A DNA stretch of 63,949 bases, filler included, from Octopus bimaculoides (taxonomy: Eukaryota): NCBI RefSeq assembly GCF_001194135.2. It is 5 parts of 4 records of this genome, joined end to end, with 100 filler letters (N's around TTAATTAATTAA, not from the genome) between each part and the next. Parts side by side here need not be neighbours in the genome. Positions count along the whole stretch, not along the records: positions 4,717 to 32,240 come from NC_068984.1; 4 more parts are not named here. One strand, given 5' to 3'. The stretch's first letter is position 1; each line of letters starts with the position of its first letter. The notes under the pieces were generated by a model. That model saw nothing but the letters and a program-made list of their open reading frames with translations. It searched no databases and was not told where the DNA came from. The translations under genes and the position numbers were made by a program. Below, in pieces: positions 12,082-24,534 of the stretch.

Positions 12082-13253
12082 ACTGGTTTAAAGTACTACC
12101 GTATTGATCTTGTCATAGTTATTCTGGTAGTAAATATTCCAATGCGTTCTTGTTTTAAGACATACAGTAACATCTGAGTGGACTTTATCTGCCAATTCTT
12201 GTCATTCGAGAGTTCCCTTTATTACCTTGTGGATATTGTGGGATATCATATAGATTGATAAAAAAACTGAAAACGCATCAATATTTACCACGAGGCTGGT
12301 AGAACAGCGGGTACAAATTTTTGTATTTACCATCACTTAATATATTCTGATTTTAAACCAATATTAATCATTCAACTACAGTAGTAGTTGACTAATATTC
12401 TTAAGGCCGCAATTTACTCACACCCAACATATTTCAGAGCTTTTCACTAATTCAGTTCTTATCCAAATTGAAAACTATCAATATTTTTGAAGAGGACTGA
12501 TCCCTAGCAACATTTACGTATAAAGAACTGAGATTTGATCTGGTAGAAAAAAAGTTTACATTAAAATTTGTTGCAACGTTATAGGAGAGTAAGTACGCCA
12601 TCAATCAAGTTAAGATCTAAGTGACTTTTTTTTTAATTTTAAAAGCAAAATATATTTATCTTAGCTTCAATGATAGAAAAAGCATGAAGAATTTCATAGT
12701 TTTGGTTTCATGCATCAAAAATATTATCAAAAGTTGCGTGGTTAAATATAATGAAAAAAATATAAGGCAAAAAATTGGATTTAAGTATAAATACCTTTTT
12801 TTTTTATTTTAAAGACAAACTATATTCTAATTAAGTTTAAATGATGGAGCTCATTTCGAAGAATTTCATGATATCAATCTCATGCAATGAAGTTTTAAAA
12901 TAAAAAAAAAGTTATTAGTGTTCGTTTCTCAAATTTGAGGGTGATGATATAGTTCGACACTTTTTATGAATATATTCTATAAGGGAACTTTTAATATATG
13001 TCACCAGCGTCATTGATGTAAAGAAAAAATTATCAACGACTCTGGTAATTGACACATTATCAATTAACATAATATCGTAGCCTGGAAAAAAGTATAAATT
13101 ACATGGGAAAATGCGAGCAAGAGGAATATTATTCTTAAGATTATAAATCTGGAAAATTACTGGACAAGTTATTACACTTGGAAAAGTTCAGGACAACTTA
13201 TTACGTCTAGTAAAGCACAGAACAAGAAAAATTTCCATGTAATATAAGGTATA

Positions 13254-13670
13254 AGGCGACGAGCTGGCAGAATCGTTAGCACGCCGGGCAAAATGCTTAG
13301 CGGCATTTACTCCGTCTTTACGTCCTGTGCTCAAATGCCATCGCGGTCAATTTGCCATTCATCCTTTCGAGGCCGTTAAAATAAGTACCAGATTGGTAAT
13401 CGACTAACCCCTTAATCCGAAATTGTTGGCCTTGTGCCAAAATTTGACACCAATAGTATAGGGTTAGTCAGTAGATAGAATCGTTAACGCGCTGGGAAAA
13501 CGCTTAGCCGTATTTCTTCCGACTTTACGTTCTGAGTTCAAATATCGCCCAGATCGACTTTGCTTTCCTCCTTTCGAGGTCGATGAAATAAGTACCAGTT
13601 GTGCGCTGGAATTGATGAAATCGACTTGCACCCTCCTCTACTGTTGCTGGACTTAAGCCAAAATTTGAAA
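13254..13670 (+). mobile_element. Two tandem degenerate Meta-like SINE copies
   Basis: ggcgacgagctggcagaatcgttagc... and gaatcgttaacgcgctggg...tcctttcgaggtcgatgaaataagtaccag; homologous to 8437-8667. Confidence 0.8.
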
Positions 13671-14239
13671 ACTATATTCTTAATATTTATAATGTGACGT
13701 ATTCTGCCATAAATTTACTAAAAGTGAGATTAATACAAATAAAATTACGAAAGAGAAAGTAGTAGCTAATATGAATTTTGTTGTTAACAAATAAACAGTA
13801 AAACTGTAGGGAAAAAAATAAAGAAAATTATCCATTAGAATATAGAGATTTGTGTTTTAAAATTATTATTAAAGAAAGATTAATTACGCGTATAGAGTTT
13901 TAGGATAGAAAAATCAGTAAAATGCCGGATAAAATGCCTGGCAGAATATGACTGCGAATATCTGTGAATGTAAGTTCAAATTCAGCCGAGATCGAATTTG
14001 CTGATTAATCTTCTGGGTTTGATAAGATAAGACGTAGATAAATACTGGTGTCGATTTTATGCACTGGATCTATAAGAATTTGTAGTTGCGTGCCTATGTT
14101 AGAAGCCATTACCATTATGGTAGATGTAATTTTGAAACTCAGGTCACACCAAAGTCGGTCAGCGTAATTTACATTCCATGATTCGGTATGGCTTATCATA
14201 ACACTGCTTGTTCAGAGCTAGCACAAGGTTAAATAGTAA

Positions 14240-14465
14240 TAATGGTTTCTAATTTTATAACAAGGTCAGTAATTTATTGGGTGGGTGGGTAAGTCGATTA
14301 CATCGATCCCAGTACTCAAATAATATTTACTTTATCGACCCGAAAGAATACAAGGCAAAGTCGTCCACGGTGGAATTGAATTCAGAATGTACGGACGACA
14401 TGCTACTAAAAAAATGATAAAATGCTTTGTCTGGCGGATTAACGACTCTACCGCGCCGACGCTTT
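14240..14465 (-). mobile_element. Degenerate Meta-like SINE
   Basis: gtcgattacatcgatcccagt...tttatcgacccgaaag...ggcaaagtcg...gaattgaattcagaa. Confidence 0.75.
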
Positions 14466-14481
14466 AGGTTAAATAGCAGTA

Positions 14482-14869
14482 TTTTTATCAGTATTTGATT
14501 CTTTTAACTTTATCATCAATCAAATTGGCAACCGATTTATATTTAGTTTATAGGGAACTCAGAAATCCCCTTGTAAAAATTATTAACAATTATGTCCATT
14601 ACTAATGGTTGAAATAGCAGTAAATCTATTTATCACTTCAACAAACAGTACTAAATACGAATATGCAAGAATTTCAAACCAGTGACTTAGACTTTTTATA
14701 CTCTATAAACGAGGGTTTTCTGAGAGGTGTCGCTTATTTCAACCATTAGTAATGGACATAATTGTTAATAATTTTTACAAGGGGATTTCTGAGTTCCCTA
14801 TAAACTAAATATAAATCGGTTGCCAATTTGATTGATGATAAAGTTAAAAGAATCAAATACTGATAAAAA
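14482..14869. repeat. Perfect 135-bp inverted repeat (14482-14616 / 14735-14869) with 118-bp spacer
   Basis: Base-by-base reverse-complement comparison found no mismatch over 135 bp. Confidence 0.95.
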
Positions 14870-14951
14870 ATTCCTAGCTTTGGTCCTATGCCAGAGATTT
14901 TGGTGGTAAGTATAACCGAATCAATAGAAGTATATGAATCCCGTACTCTAT

Positions 14952-15190
14952 ATTCTTTTCTACTCTAGGCACAAGGCCCAACATTTTGGGGGAGTTGATT
15001 AGATCGACCGCAGTACGCAACTGGTACTTAATTTATCGACCCCGAAAAGATGAAAGGCAAAGTCGACCTCAGCGGAATTTGAACTCATTGTTCGGGGTTG
15101 ATAAAATAAGTACCAGTTGAACGCTGTATCGAGGTAATCGGCTTAACAACTCCCCCGAAATTGCTGGTCTTGTGCCAAAATTTGAAACCA
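14952..15190. mobile_element. Two oppositely oriented Meta-like SINE fragments
   Basis: 14952-15085 on minus (ctggtacttaatttatcgacccc) and 15090-15190 on plus (ggggttgataaaataagtaccag). Confidence 0.75.
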
Positions 15191-16570
15191 GAATTACTCT
15201 GTTTACTTTCTTTATTAAATGTAAAGTTTTATTTGAGGGAATTGGCTATTATTTCTAGTATGTCTTGTGACAGTACAAGTGGTCCCTCATTCATTCTTTA
15301 GTATAAATGTTATATTTAATGATGAAATTTATATATTAATGAAAACTCTTACAAATAAAATCAATGTATTTGCTTTGTAAGTTAGACAGGGTAGTAGAGT
15401 AGTGAGTTTCGTCACAGTGTATTAAGGTTGACTATGTTTTGCTTTAGTTTTTATGTCTTCTGTAATGGGAAGGATTGTCATTCGTTTGTTGAAAGTGATA
15501 TTTAGAACTTTCGATCTTTTATGTGCGTGAGTCGGATGTTGATTCCATTGAGTGTGATCGGAATATGAGATAATATTCTCTAGGGTTCAAGAGGCGAGCA
15601 GCAATCAAATGTAATTCTAAATTTAATTTCATCAAGTTGATAAAGGTATAAGGGTCAGGAGATGAGATTTCTAAATCTAGCCGAGAAGTCAAGTATTAAT
15701 AAATTGACGAAATTGGTTTCTGATGAAAAAATTTAAAGCCGAAATCTAACTACACGAACTTTGGAAGCTGGGAATTTATTATCAGTGAACTCCAAACTTT
15801 CACTAAATTTATTGTATATAATTCTTCTTTTGTAATTACGGTTACGTAAAATACAGAAAATCATTGTATGTGGTGTGTATCAGAACGTCCGGTTGAAAAA
15901 GTCTCCGAAAGTCGGTTACTGAAGGAAGGCAATTTTCAGATCAAACCTTGTTTGCATATAAAATATTTCATGCAACACGAAGTAAACTGTTCCCATCTAA
16001 CAGAAAAAAAGAAAGAAAGAAAATTTATGTAGCTATCGTACTTGCTAGAAATATCAGTCAAATCCGACTCCAAGTATATCTTACGAATTTAAAAGGATCG
16101 CACTGGATAAAATATCTATTTGTTTTATTCCTTTCCGCATAGCTATTGCTCTTGAAATGTGAATATCACACTTGATTACAACATTTTTGAAACGTCTTAT
16201 GTTAGTTATAGTGATGTAAATCTAGCATATAAGAGACTTTTAAAGAAACGACCCATAATAAATATTACGCTATCATAGGACTTAGTGACGTCCATAAATA
16301 TAACATGCAGAGATCTGTTCAATTGTGGTGACTTTCGAAAGTTTATGTTTGATGTTTTTCGTCTTGATGGATAAGCAGCTTGGAAAATCGGAATGTATGA
16401 GTATAGGTCGTCTTTGATCCTATCTATGATGACAACTATAAACTAATAGAAGACAGCAAAACGATTTATATGTCTATACAACTAAGTACAGAGTCCAAAT
16501 AAAACAAAGCGCATATCATATTCAATCAGTCGTTTTAAATCTGCTGTAGTCACGTATTGATTTTGTTTAG

Positions 16571-16760
16571 ACTTGGCACAAGTCCAAGATTTGTGGGTGC
16601 AATTTGTTTTGGCTTGATACAAGTCCAACATTAATAAGAAAGAAATTTCTATGAATTAATTCTACTTTATTACTCGTACTTATTTCATACTTTGTCGTCA
16701 TAAAAGGTTTTTGAATTGAAATACAGATTGATACAACTAAATGCATAAAAACCTTACAAA
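16571..16760 (+). pseudogene. Decayed YWTD-like relic (segment 3)
   Basis: After ttttgtttag: DLAQVQDLWV, frameshift, NLFWLDTSPTLIRKKFL*INSTLLLVLISYFVVIKGF*IEIQID; compare [27 protein letters not shown]. Confidence 0.35.
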
Positions 16761-17214
16761 ACCATTTAGATCTAATAGTATTCCACCACGTCTGCCTTCT
16801 CAATAACGATACAAGGATGCTATGTATAGTCGTTCGAAGTGCTAAAAATAGCAACTAAATCTTCCTCAAATCACGCCCTACCGTCTGAAAAATGGATGAC
16901 TGCCTTGGATAATATAACCCGATAGAAAAGAATAGTAGAATTGACACATTTTCAACAATTTTTGATTAATAGATCTGCTCAGTCAGCGTCGATTCGGGAT
17001 TAAACCAAAACTTATTCACCAAAATGATAACCGACATAGACTGTGTTGTCAATCGAAATGCATGAAATAACAACCAATTTCTCATAAATCAGACTCTACA
17101 GTATTTCATAAAGAAATAACTATTAGACAGTGTATTCTTATGCATGCAAGCAAAACGGTTTCTTACCACTGGAATATTTATGTTCATAGCAACCAGGTAC
17201 ATGGGGCAACACTA

Positions 17215-17221
17215 CTACTAT

Positions 17222-17258
<37 letters not shown>
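17215..17258. repeat. (CTA)n microsatellite
   Basis: Direct. Confidence 0.95.
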
Positions 17259-17260
<2 letters not shown>

Positions 17261-17613
17261 AAAGTTCAGCTCAAAGTGTTATGACGTGGGATCAAACCAA
17301 ATCTCATTATTGCGACGCAAATTTACCCATTCGATTACAACTGTATCCACACACACACTACAATATCTATATATCACAGTGTAGATTCGATTAGATTTTC
17401 CATTTGATATATGATCAATAACATAAGGAAAATATCTTCACGTAAAATTGAATTAGTAGCAAACAAATAAAATAAGAAGATTAGAAGTCAAATTATCATG
17501 TTCGAAATGAAATTAAAGAACATTTACTATTGTCGTAGTGTAATGTTACACGCCGAATATAAATTTATATGCGTTTAAACATTATTGTTTATTTATGAAT
17601 AACTTTGCATAAG

Positions 17614-17745
17614 AAAATTATTATTTCTGTCGACAAAATTTATTGCTTGCAATAACACGATGAAGCATCGAAAGTTCATTAAAATTTGGTCTTCAGATCA
17701 AACTTCCTCCTTAATATCAATACTGTCTTCACAGTGAAGTACTAA
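17614..17745 (+). pseudogene. Decayed YWTD-like relic (segment 4)
   Basis: KIIISVDKIYCLQ*HDEASKVH*NLVFRSNFLLNINTVF resembles IAVD..KIYW.D....I.RSNLDG. Confidence 0.25.
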
Positions 17746-18169
17746 AACGTTCGCGAGAAGAGAAATGTATATATATTCCTTGAAGGTAGAATTTAATATA
17801 TAGTGTTCATCGAAATTAATTGAATATGAGGAAATGTGGTTAAGTGTCAAATGAGGTGAGGTTCATGTACTATAGAATTATTGAAACTTTTTTGTCGTTC
17901 ATACTATTGCATACCAGTCAGCACTGAACGAGAAAAACCTATGACGAAATGCATTCGAACCGTGGTCATCTTTTCTTTAATTATTTTTCCAGACGTAATG
18001 CATTATCCACGGCGACATTTCTTGTAATCCAAAAATAATTTAGGATTTCATTCTTCAGTATATCTTTCGAATCTTTTAAGGTAGCAGGGTGTAATACAAA
18101 AGAATTGAACTGCTATTTCTTCTAAGTCATGCGACTACCAAGCGGCTTACTCGTTGACTGATCAAAAAT

Positions 18170-18300
18170 AACGTTTTTTCAGTTTCCGTTCACCAAATCC
18201 ATTCACAAGGCTTTGGTTGCCAGTGGAGTAGGAAATATAATAGAATACACTTGCACAAGGTGCCATGCAGGGCTACTGAACCCGGAACCACGTGCTACAT
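18170..18300 (-). mobile_element. OK-like SINE fragment
   Basis: tttcagtttccgttcaccaaatccattcacaaggctttgg...cacttgcacaaggtgccatgcag...ctgaacccggaacca. Confidence 0.8.
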
Positions 18301-19914
18301 ACTACACCGTCGAAAAATATAGCTGTGAATTATGGTGCGTTTTGTTTTGCTGATTTATCTAGACTGAAATGAAATCGTGGAAAAAATCACAGAAAGAAAA
18401 AGATATGAAAAAAAATGAGTATGAGAATACATTTTCTTCATTTTCTCGCTAACTATAATTACTGTTGCAAATTAATTATCTTCCAATCAGCGTAGATTAA
18501 ATTCTGTTATTTTCTCGAAAGATCCTCAAAATATCTTAATTATCTACCTACTATAGAAATGCATACTCGTCGTCACATTATCGGGTACATTCATTAAAAA
18601 AAAAAAAAATTCTTTCGCTATCGCTTTATATATATCTTCTCAATTTGTTTACGGGTAACAATTATCAGAAATGATGGAACACCTGCTTAATGAATCTTAG
18701 AAAGATGAAAATATACAGTGCATCGACTTCTTAGTCTTATTTTTCCAGGGTCAACATATTAAGTACCAGTTATTTACCTGGGTGTTTTAATAAAATATGT
18801 ATTAGAAAATATATGAAAATTTCTATTCTGAAAAGATTGTTATTTTTTCCCTCTGCGTCATTAATATGTTTTTGTATTTAATACAGCAGGAGAAGAAATT
18901 GTTCTGTTTTTCTTTTATGATTTAAATTTTAGAATTTTCCTTTATCTATGTAGTTTACTATATCCTGGTAATTATTACTCAAGAATAGGACACTTAGAGC
19001 ACCTTTATAATAGTTGACTAACAAATACTTATGCAATAACAATTAATTTCATCCTATGTATTCTCTGAAAGACTGTTTTGCTGCTGATGCGATGTCTTTG
19101 ATGTAACGCATGGTTACTTACCAGTGCTAATGGACTTTTTTAAAACTATTCCATTTATAAGCCTATTACTTTATTATGAATAAATGTTATTGCATTTCCC
19201 TCTTCTCAACTGAGTGTCATTTTAGTCAATTGCATTAATTTAGTTTCTATCATGGTACTTTACTTTCATAAGCGCCAAATCAACTTGAAGGGAATTATCA
19301 TGCCGTTACGTTATCTACAGGCTAGCTTTGTAAGTCTCTTTTGTAGAGTACGTCGTTTACTCGTTGCGTTCTACATCCATGCACTTTTTATTATATAGAA
19401 TTGACATTGCGCGTCGATAACGCAAAACGAAATATATCATCCCGTATGTTGAATCAGAAAATTACTTTAATAATACTGAACGTGATGATCCGACGTGGTT
19501 TAGCAGAAACATCGTTCGAGTCGGTACCTACGGAATTAAGCGTGCATGATCAGTAATGACATAATGTGAACCAGTAACGAAATAATGCAGCAGAAAGTCT
19601 ACGGATGTGATTCAATACTGAGGTGATTTACTTGCTACTGTTTTTATTACAAAACGGAATCTTGTAGAAGCGAAGTTTATTGTATTCAGACAAGTTTTAG
19701 TGGTTGTAAAACTGTCAGTAAGACATTTCTTCCCTATTTGAAAGGTAGAAAAATATATTATCTATATCGACTATAAACTCACGAATATACTCTGTAGGCA
19801 AATCCAGATGGACACTCTTCGTGGAATGAGGCGCTTTGAATTTACTTTAAAGATAGAAGTTGCTTCAATAGATACTTTTTGCGTCAATGTTCATCCTAAC
19901 CTGCTTGGATTTTG

Positions 19915-20156
19915 TCAAATATAATCATTTTATGTATATTGCACAACCATTGTACAACAATTGTCCCAAAACTGTAGAAACACTACTTCTGTAGTGAAAT
20001 TCCTTTTCGATTACAAGAAGGTAGGCCATATGACATCGATCATCGGATCCAAAGTATTTTGTACTACTCACCAAAAAACAATTGTCAGATAGTCAGTACT
20101 GACCATTTGAAAGTTGCCTCCCTTGACATTTCCATATTTCGGGAACAGAATTAAGT
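19915..20156 (+). repeat. About 240-bp local duplication, copy 1 (copy 2 at 21322-21557)
   Basis: Alignable throughout at roughly 85% by eye; one frame reads EGRPYDIDHRIQSILYYSPKNNCQIVSTDHLKVASLD. Confidence 0.9.
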
Positions 20157-21321
20157 CGAAGTTCGTTCAGTGTCTCTTAGGACAACTGTACGGAGTATGT
20201 GCCAAGTGTAATAGCGCAAGCGTTTCGTACCCGAGTTTGGAAGTATTATAGGAAAAGTGAAGTTCTGCACTCCCTAAACCTGGGTAAACTTGATCCTAGT
20301 GGGTGGTAGTGTAGCGAAAAGAAACTTCAAACGGTGCATTACATTGGGAAAAATGCCACCAGTGTCATTTTCTAGATTAAAGCAGATAATTTCATGGCTG
20401 TATCGTCACAGTTCCTAAGACTAGTCAAAAGAAATTAACTAATTTTACGATAATTTTTAGACTATTCCGTTTATACGTTAATTTCGCCTGTATGAAAGAA
20501 AAGGTGGAGTGAATCTTCTAACTTCTTTTCAGAATGCTTTTGCAGGCGGCCTTGTTAAGCAAGTCGTTGTCATTATAACCTTAAAACTAATTTACGAGAA
20601 TCAATCATAAAATAATGCAATTTTTATTTGAATTACTTTTTGATTGATACTATCGTATTTATGAGGATTAATCAAAACGTAATGCAATTACAAAATGCAT
20701 TACTTTCTAACTCACCTTCGTACATACTAGCTTTACCATCCCATAGAAATAGGAATAGGAATAGAGTAGTAAGTTATTTATCGACTAGCATCGCGGTCAC
20801 ATGGGGATAAAATAGCAATTTATGGGGTGATATAGTGAATGACTCATTCAAAACAAAGGTCAAATGATGAGAATTACTCCCTGAGCTGAATTCAAAAGAT
20901 AAGATTGACGTGCAAACAATTCTCAGGGACTTTCAGAGAAGAAGGGGAGATAATGTATCATTTCTTTGAAAGTTATTTCAATTACATTGGAAATTTTGCG
21001 TAAGTCATCTCTTAACACTTCTAAGTTCATGTCAATTAGCTTCTTGACAGTTATATACTTTAGTTATATACTATCGATAACATGTAGCATTCAATATTCG
21101 TCCCTATACAGATTTTAATACATAGAATTGACATTATCTATCGATAATAAACACTGATTATCTACTATTGTGGGGCGTTCTATCCCGAAGTAGACTTTGC
21201 GTTTTCCTTCAGGTGTGGGTAGAAAAGATGCAGGGATGGACAAAATAATTGATATTGATTAAGTAAAGAGAATATAAGAACAAAAGGTTGTGCAGGCATT
21301 GCTCAGAGACAAATAAAAAGT

Positions 21322-21557
21322 TAAATATAAGCATTTTACTTATATTGCACAATGTACGACGATTATCCCAAAACTATAGAAACACTACTTCTGCAGTGAA
21401 GTCCTTTTTCGATTATATGAAGGTAGGTCATATGGCATCGTTTATCGGATCCAAAGTATTTTGTAATACTCACCAAAAGCAATAGTCAGATAGTCAGTAC
21501 TGATCATTTGAAAGTTGCCTCCCTTGACAGCTGCATATTTCGAGAACGGAAGTTAAG
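21322..21557 (+). repeat. About 240-bp local duplication, copy 2
   Basis: Homologous to 19915-20156; carries a stop and a 1-nt deletion in the YWTD-like frame. Confidence 0.9.
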
Positions 21558-21999
21558 TTTACAATTTGTACAACCTTATTTCATTCTATTCATTTTGTCA
21601 GCTCCGTTGTATGTGCATTTACTCTTATTTTGACCATGGCAAAATTACTCGCTTTAAACGTGTACCATTCAATATAGACTTCTATTAATAATTAAATATA
21701 AGATTTTGCTTCCAAGAAGTTGTCATTTCAAAATATTACGTACTGTTGACTAATTTAAATCTGCACAGACAATTTTACATTTTACATATATGAAGCATTG
21801 ATTATGAAACATACATTACTTGAACTGTCATTTTCCGAATGACATATAGACTGTTGTTAGTATTTATAATTCAAATCACTGTTTTATATTGCTTATAATA
21901 ATCAGTTCACATAATGGGATAGACAGGCCTATTACCTACAAGTTTAATGTAGATAAGTTTACTTGTATAAAATTTAAATAATACAGTTATGTTTCATTT

Positions 22000-23750
22000 G
22001 TTGTGTCTCTGCGCAACCACTTCACAAGGTTTTGTTCTCTGTGAGAACGAGAACGTTGAAAAAAATACGACATCCACAACTAGCAGCAACACAATCACCG
22101 CAAACATCAATACAATAGCTGCAGTAAACACCGATATTAGCAGACAAGGCGAAACAGGATTGCAAATGTATGCAGAAATAGAGAAGCGGTTTTTTAATGA
22201 GAAGTAAAAGATCGCCTCTATGAGATAAACATATGCATTTCGCAGAAGAACTATGAAATACAAAAATGGGAATCAGTACACCTGAACACAGTTTGAGATT
22301 CAACAGGAAATTCATAGAAAAACTATAATATACAAACGTAATAGATTCAAACCGAGGTGATTTCAAGCGAGCAATTCTGGTTCAGCTTAAACCAGTCAGG
22401 GACGTAAGAACCTATGTCATTCGGGAGATAAGAATTCAAACCGGAGAAAAAGTGAAGAAAATTTCAACAGCAACGCTTAAGAGTGACAAGCTGCTTCTAA
22501 TTCAAATAAACTACTTCTCATTCCTGCCGGAGAGCAGTAGGAATAAAAGTAAGCGAGGCACCACAAAAATAGATATCCTTTTCCTTGCGGAACCCGAAAT
22601 ATATGAATTCGAAAATGAAACAAGTATTCTGAAAGTCCATAAACTTGAGAAAAGAATTTGGTCAGGTACAGAAATGGTACTATTAATCCAAAATGATCAA
22701 GAATGCATATAAGTGATTCCCGATTTGTTCAGCCCCACAAAATAGCTTTTAGCATTTCGTAATAGTTGAGGTAGGAGCCCGAGTTGCTATATATGTCAGG
22801 ACGCAAACATTTAAGAGGTTTCTGCCCACATAAAAACAAAGAATACCCTATCTGCAGCTGATGACTCCATCATAACTGCAACACCGGCAACAAAATTAGT
22901 AGCATTTCCCCCAAACGACAGAAGCAAGAGCAGCAACAACAATACCAGTAGTAGCAGCACCAAACCGAACAACAAAAATCACACTCAACATCAGAAGCAA
23001 ACACTAATACCATTACCTAGGAATAAACCTATCCTGCAACACAACCTAGAAATGCCCTATCCACACCAGTCAACCAAATTGCAAACATATATACAAACAT
23101 ACTCAATTTTGCAGATATATCTCTTTTCTTACCACAGATTACTCTTACAGCGAAAACTCATTTTGAGAAGAAAACAGTTTGAACGCGACTCGACAAAATG
23201 GACACTTGTCAATGGGAAGATAGAAACTAGAATATATTAATACACTACATCATACAAAAATGAGATAAAGCTATACATAATTTGAGAATCACACACACTA
23301 AAACCTACACAACCATAAACATATCCACTTCTAGAAACAGCACATTACAAAAATCACAATAAATGAAAACACAACACAATGAACAGCGGCACAAATAAAA
23401 AAAAGGAACTATTCTCAAACCGAACAAATATGCCTCATCAATTATAGACTCTAACAAATAGACCGAATGAAATACCAAGAATCATATAAAATGAGCCAAG
23501 AAACATATAATAACCTGGAAACAAAATATCCCAAAGGAATGGGAGATCTCCAAAGGATTATAAACAAAATACTTTATGAAGAATTGCTTTTAGAAGCACC
23601 TATTAATACAAATATCCAGAAGTACGGAATACCTTTCCTTCCACTGAACGAAGGTAAGAGGTCAGTCTTGTCGAACATAGTTATTGCAAGGAACAAGTAC
23701 TGTGATCACACGTGGTCTGTGGTCGTCTTGGAAGTAGAAGAACCTGATCA
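22000..23750 (+). mobile_element. Degraded gag-like ORF1 with CCHC zinc knuckle (probably from a non-LTR element)
   Basis: IWSGTEMVLLIQND...IPDLFS...IVEGRSPSCYICQD.HLRGFCPHK reconstructed with frameshifts, then a Thr/Ala/Asn-rich stretch; homologous to 56280-56760. Confidence 0.6.
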
Positions 23751-23881
23751 CTGACTTCAGACTTCTAGACATAGAAGTGGTGGACATCAGCTAGTGTAGA
23801 GTTTCCGATTCGCAAGCTTTTATCCTCATTTTCAGTGGACACGAGATCTACTTATCTCCAAGACGACCAGTATCAAAAGGC

Positions 23882-24534
23882 AGATCTAGTGTATTCTTTC
23901 AGAAGGGTTTGGATTTCACGATACGGATCAGCTTCTAGGACTTAAAGATAAAATATTTTAAAGGTGCTACAAGAATTGCTGGACAATACAAACAAAAGCG
24001 TTAAGAGAAGCCAAACATCTCGTTCGGAAGTATACGAAGAAAGTTTATATAGCGCTGTTTACATAAGCCAGGTTTGTTCCTTCTCGACTTCTCAGGCAAT
24101 CAGTCTTGTCAGCAAAACTTGAGAAGAGTACATAAGAGCAGAATGAGGTCAGGGTCGTAGGTTTCCCAACTTAATCACTCTTTTGTGGCAGGAAAGCTTT
24201 ATGTCCTAAATTCAAATTCTTCCAAAGTTGAGTTTGCGTTTCTCCCTTTTGAGAAGTATCAATCGTGTATAGTTCGATGTAATCGACGTGCCTCTTCCCC
24301 ACAAATTTCCGGCCTTGTATCTATATTAGAAAAAAAATATTTATTTACTTACTTGTTTAATGATGAAATAATGCATAGTACGGTGTCTAACGTCTCTGGT
24401 CCACATTCAGATTTTATAACTCGTCTGTATTGTCCAACAATTCTTGTAGCACCTTTAAAATATTTTATCTTTAAGTCCTAGAAGCTGATCCGTATCGTGA
24501 AATCCAAAGTCTTCTGAAAGAATACACCAGATCT
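23882..24534. repeat. About 112-bp inverted repeat (23882-23993 / 24423-24534) with about 430-bp spacer
   Basis: About 5 mismatches in direct reverse-complement comparison. Confidence 0.92.
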
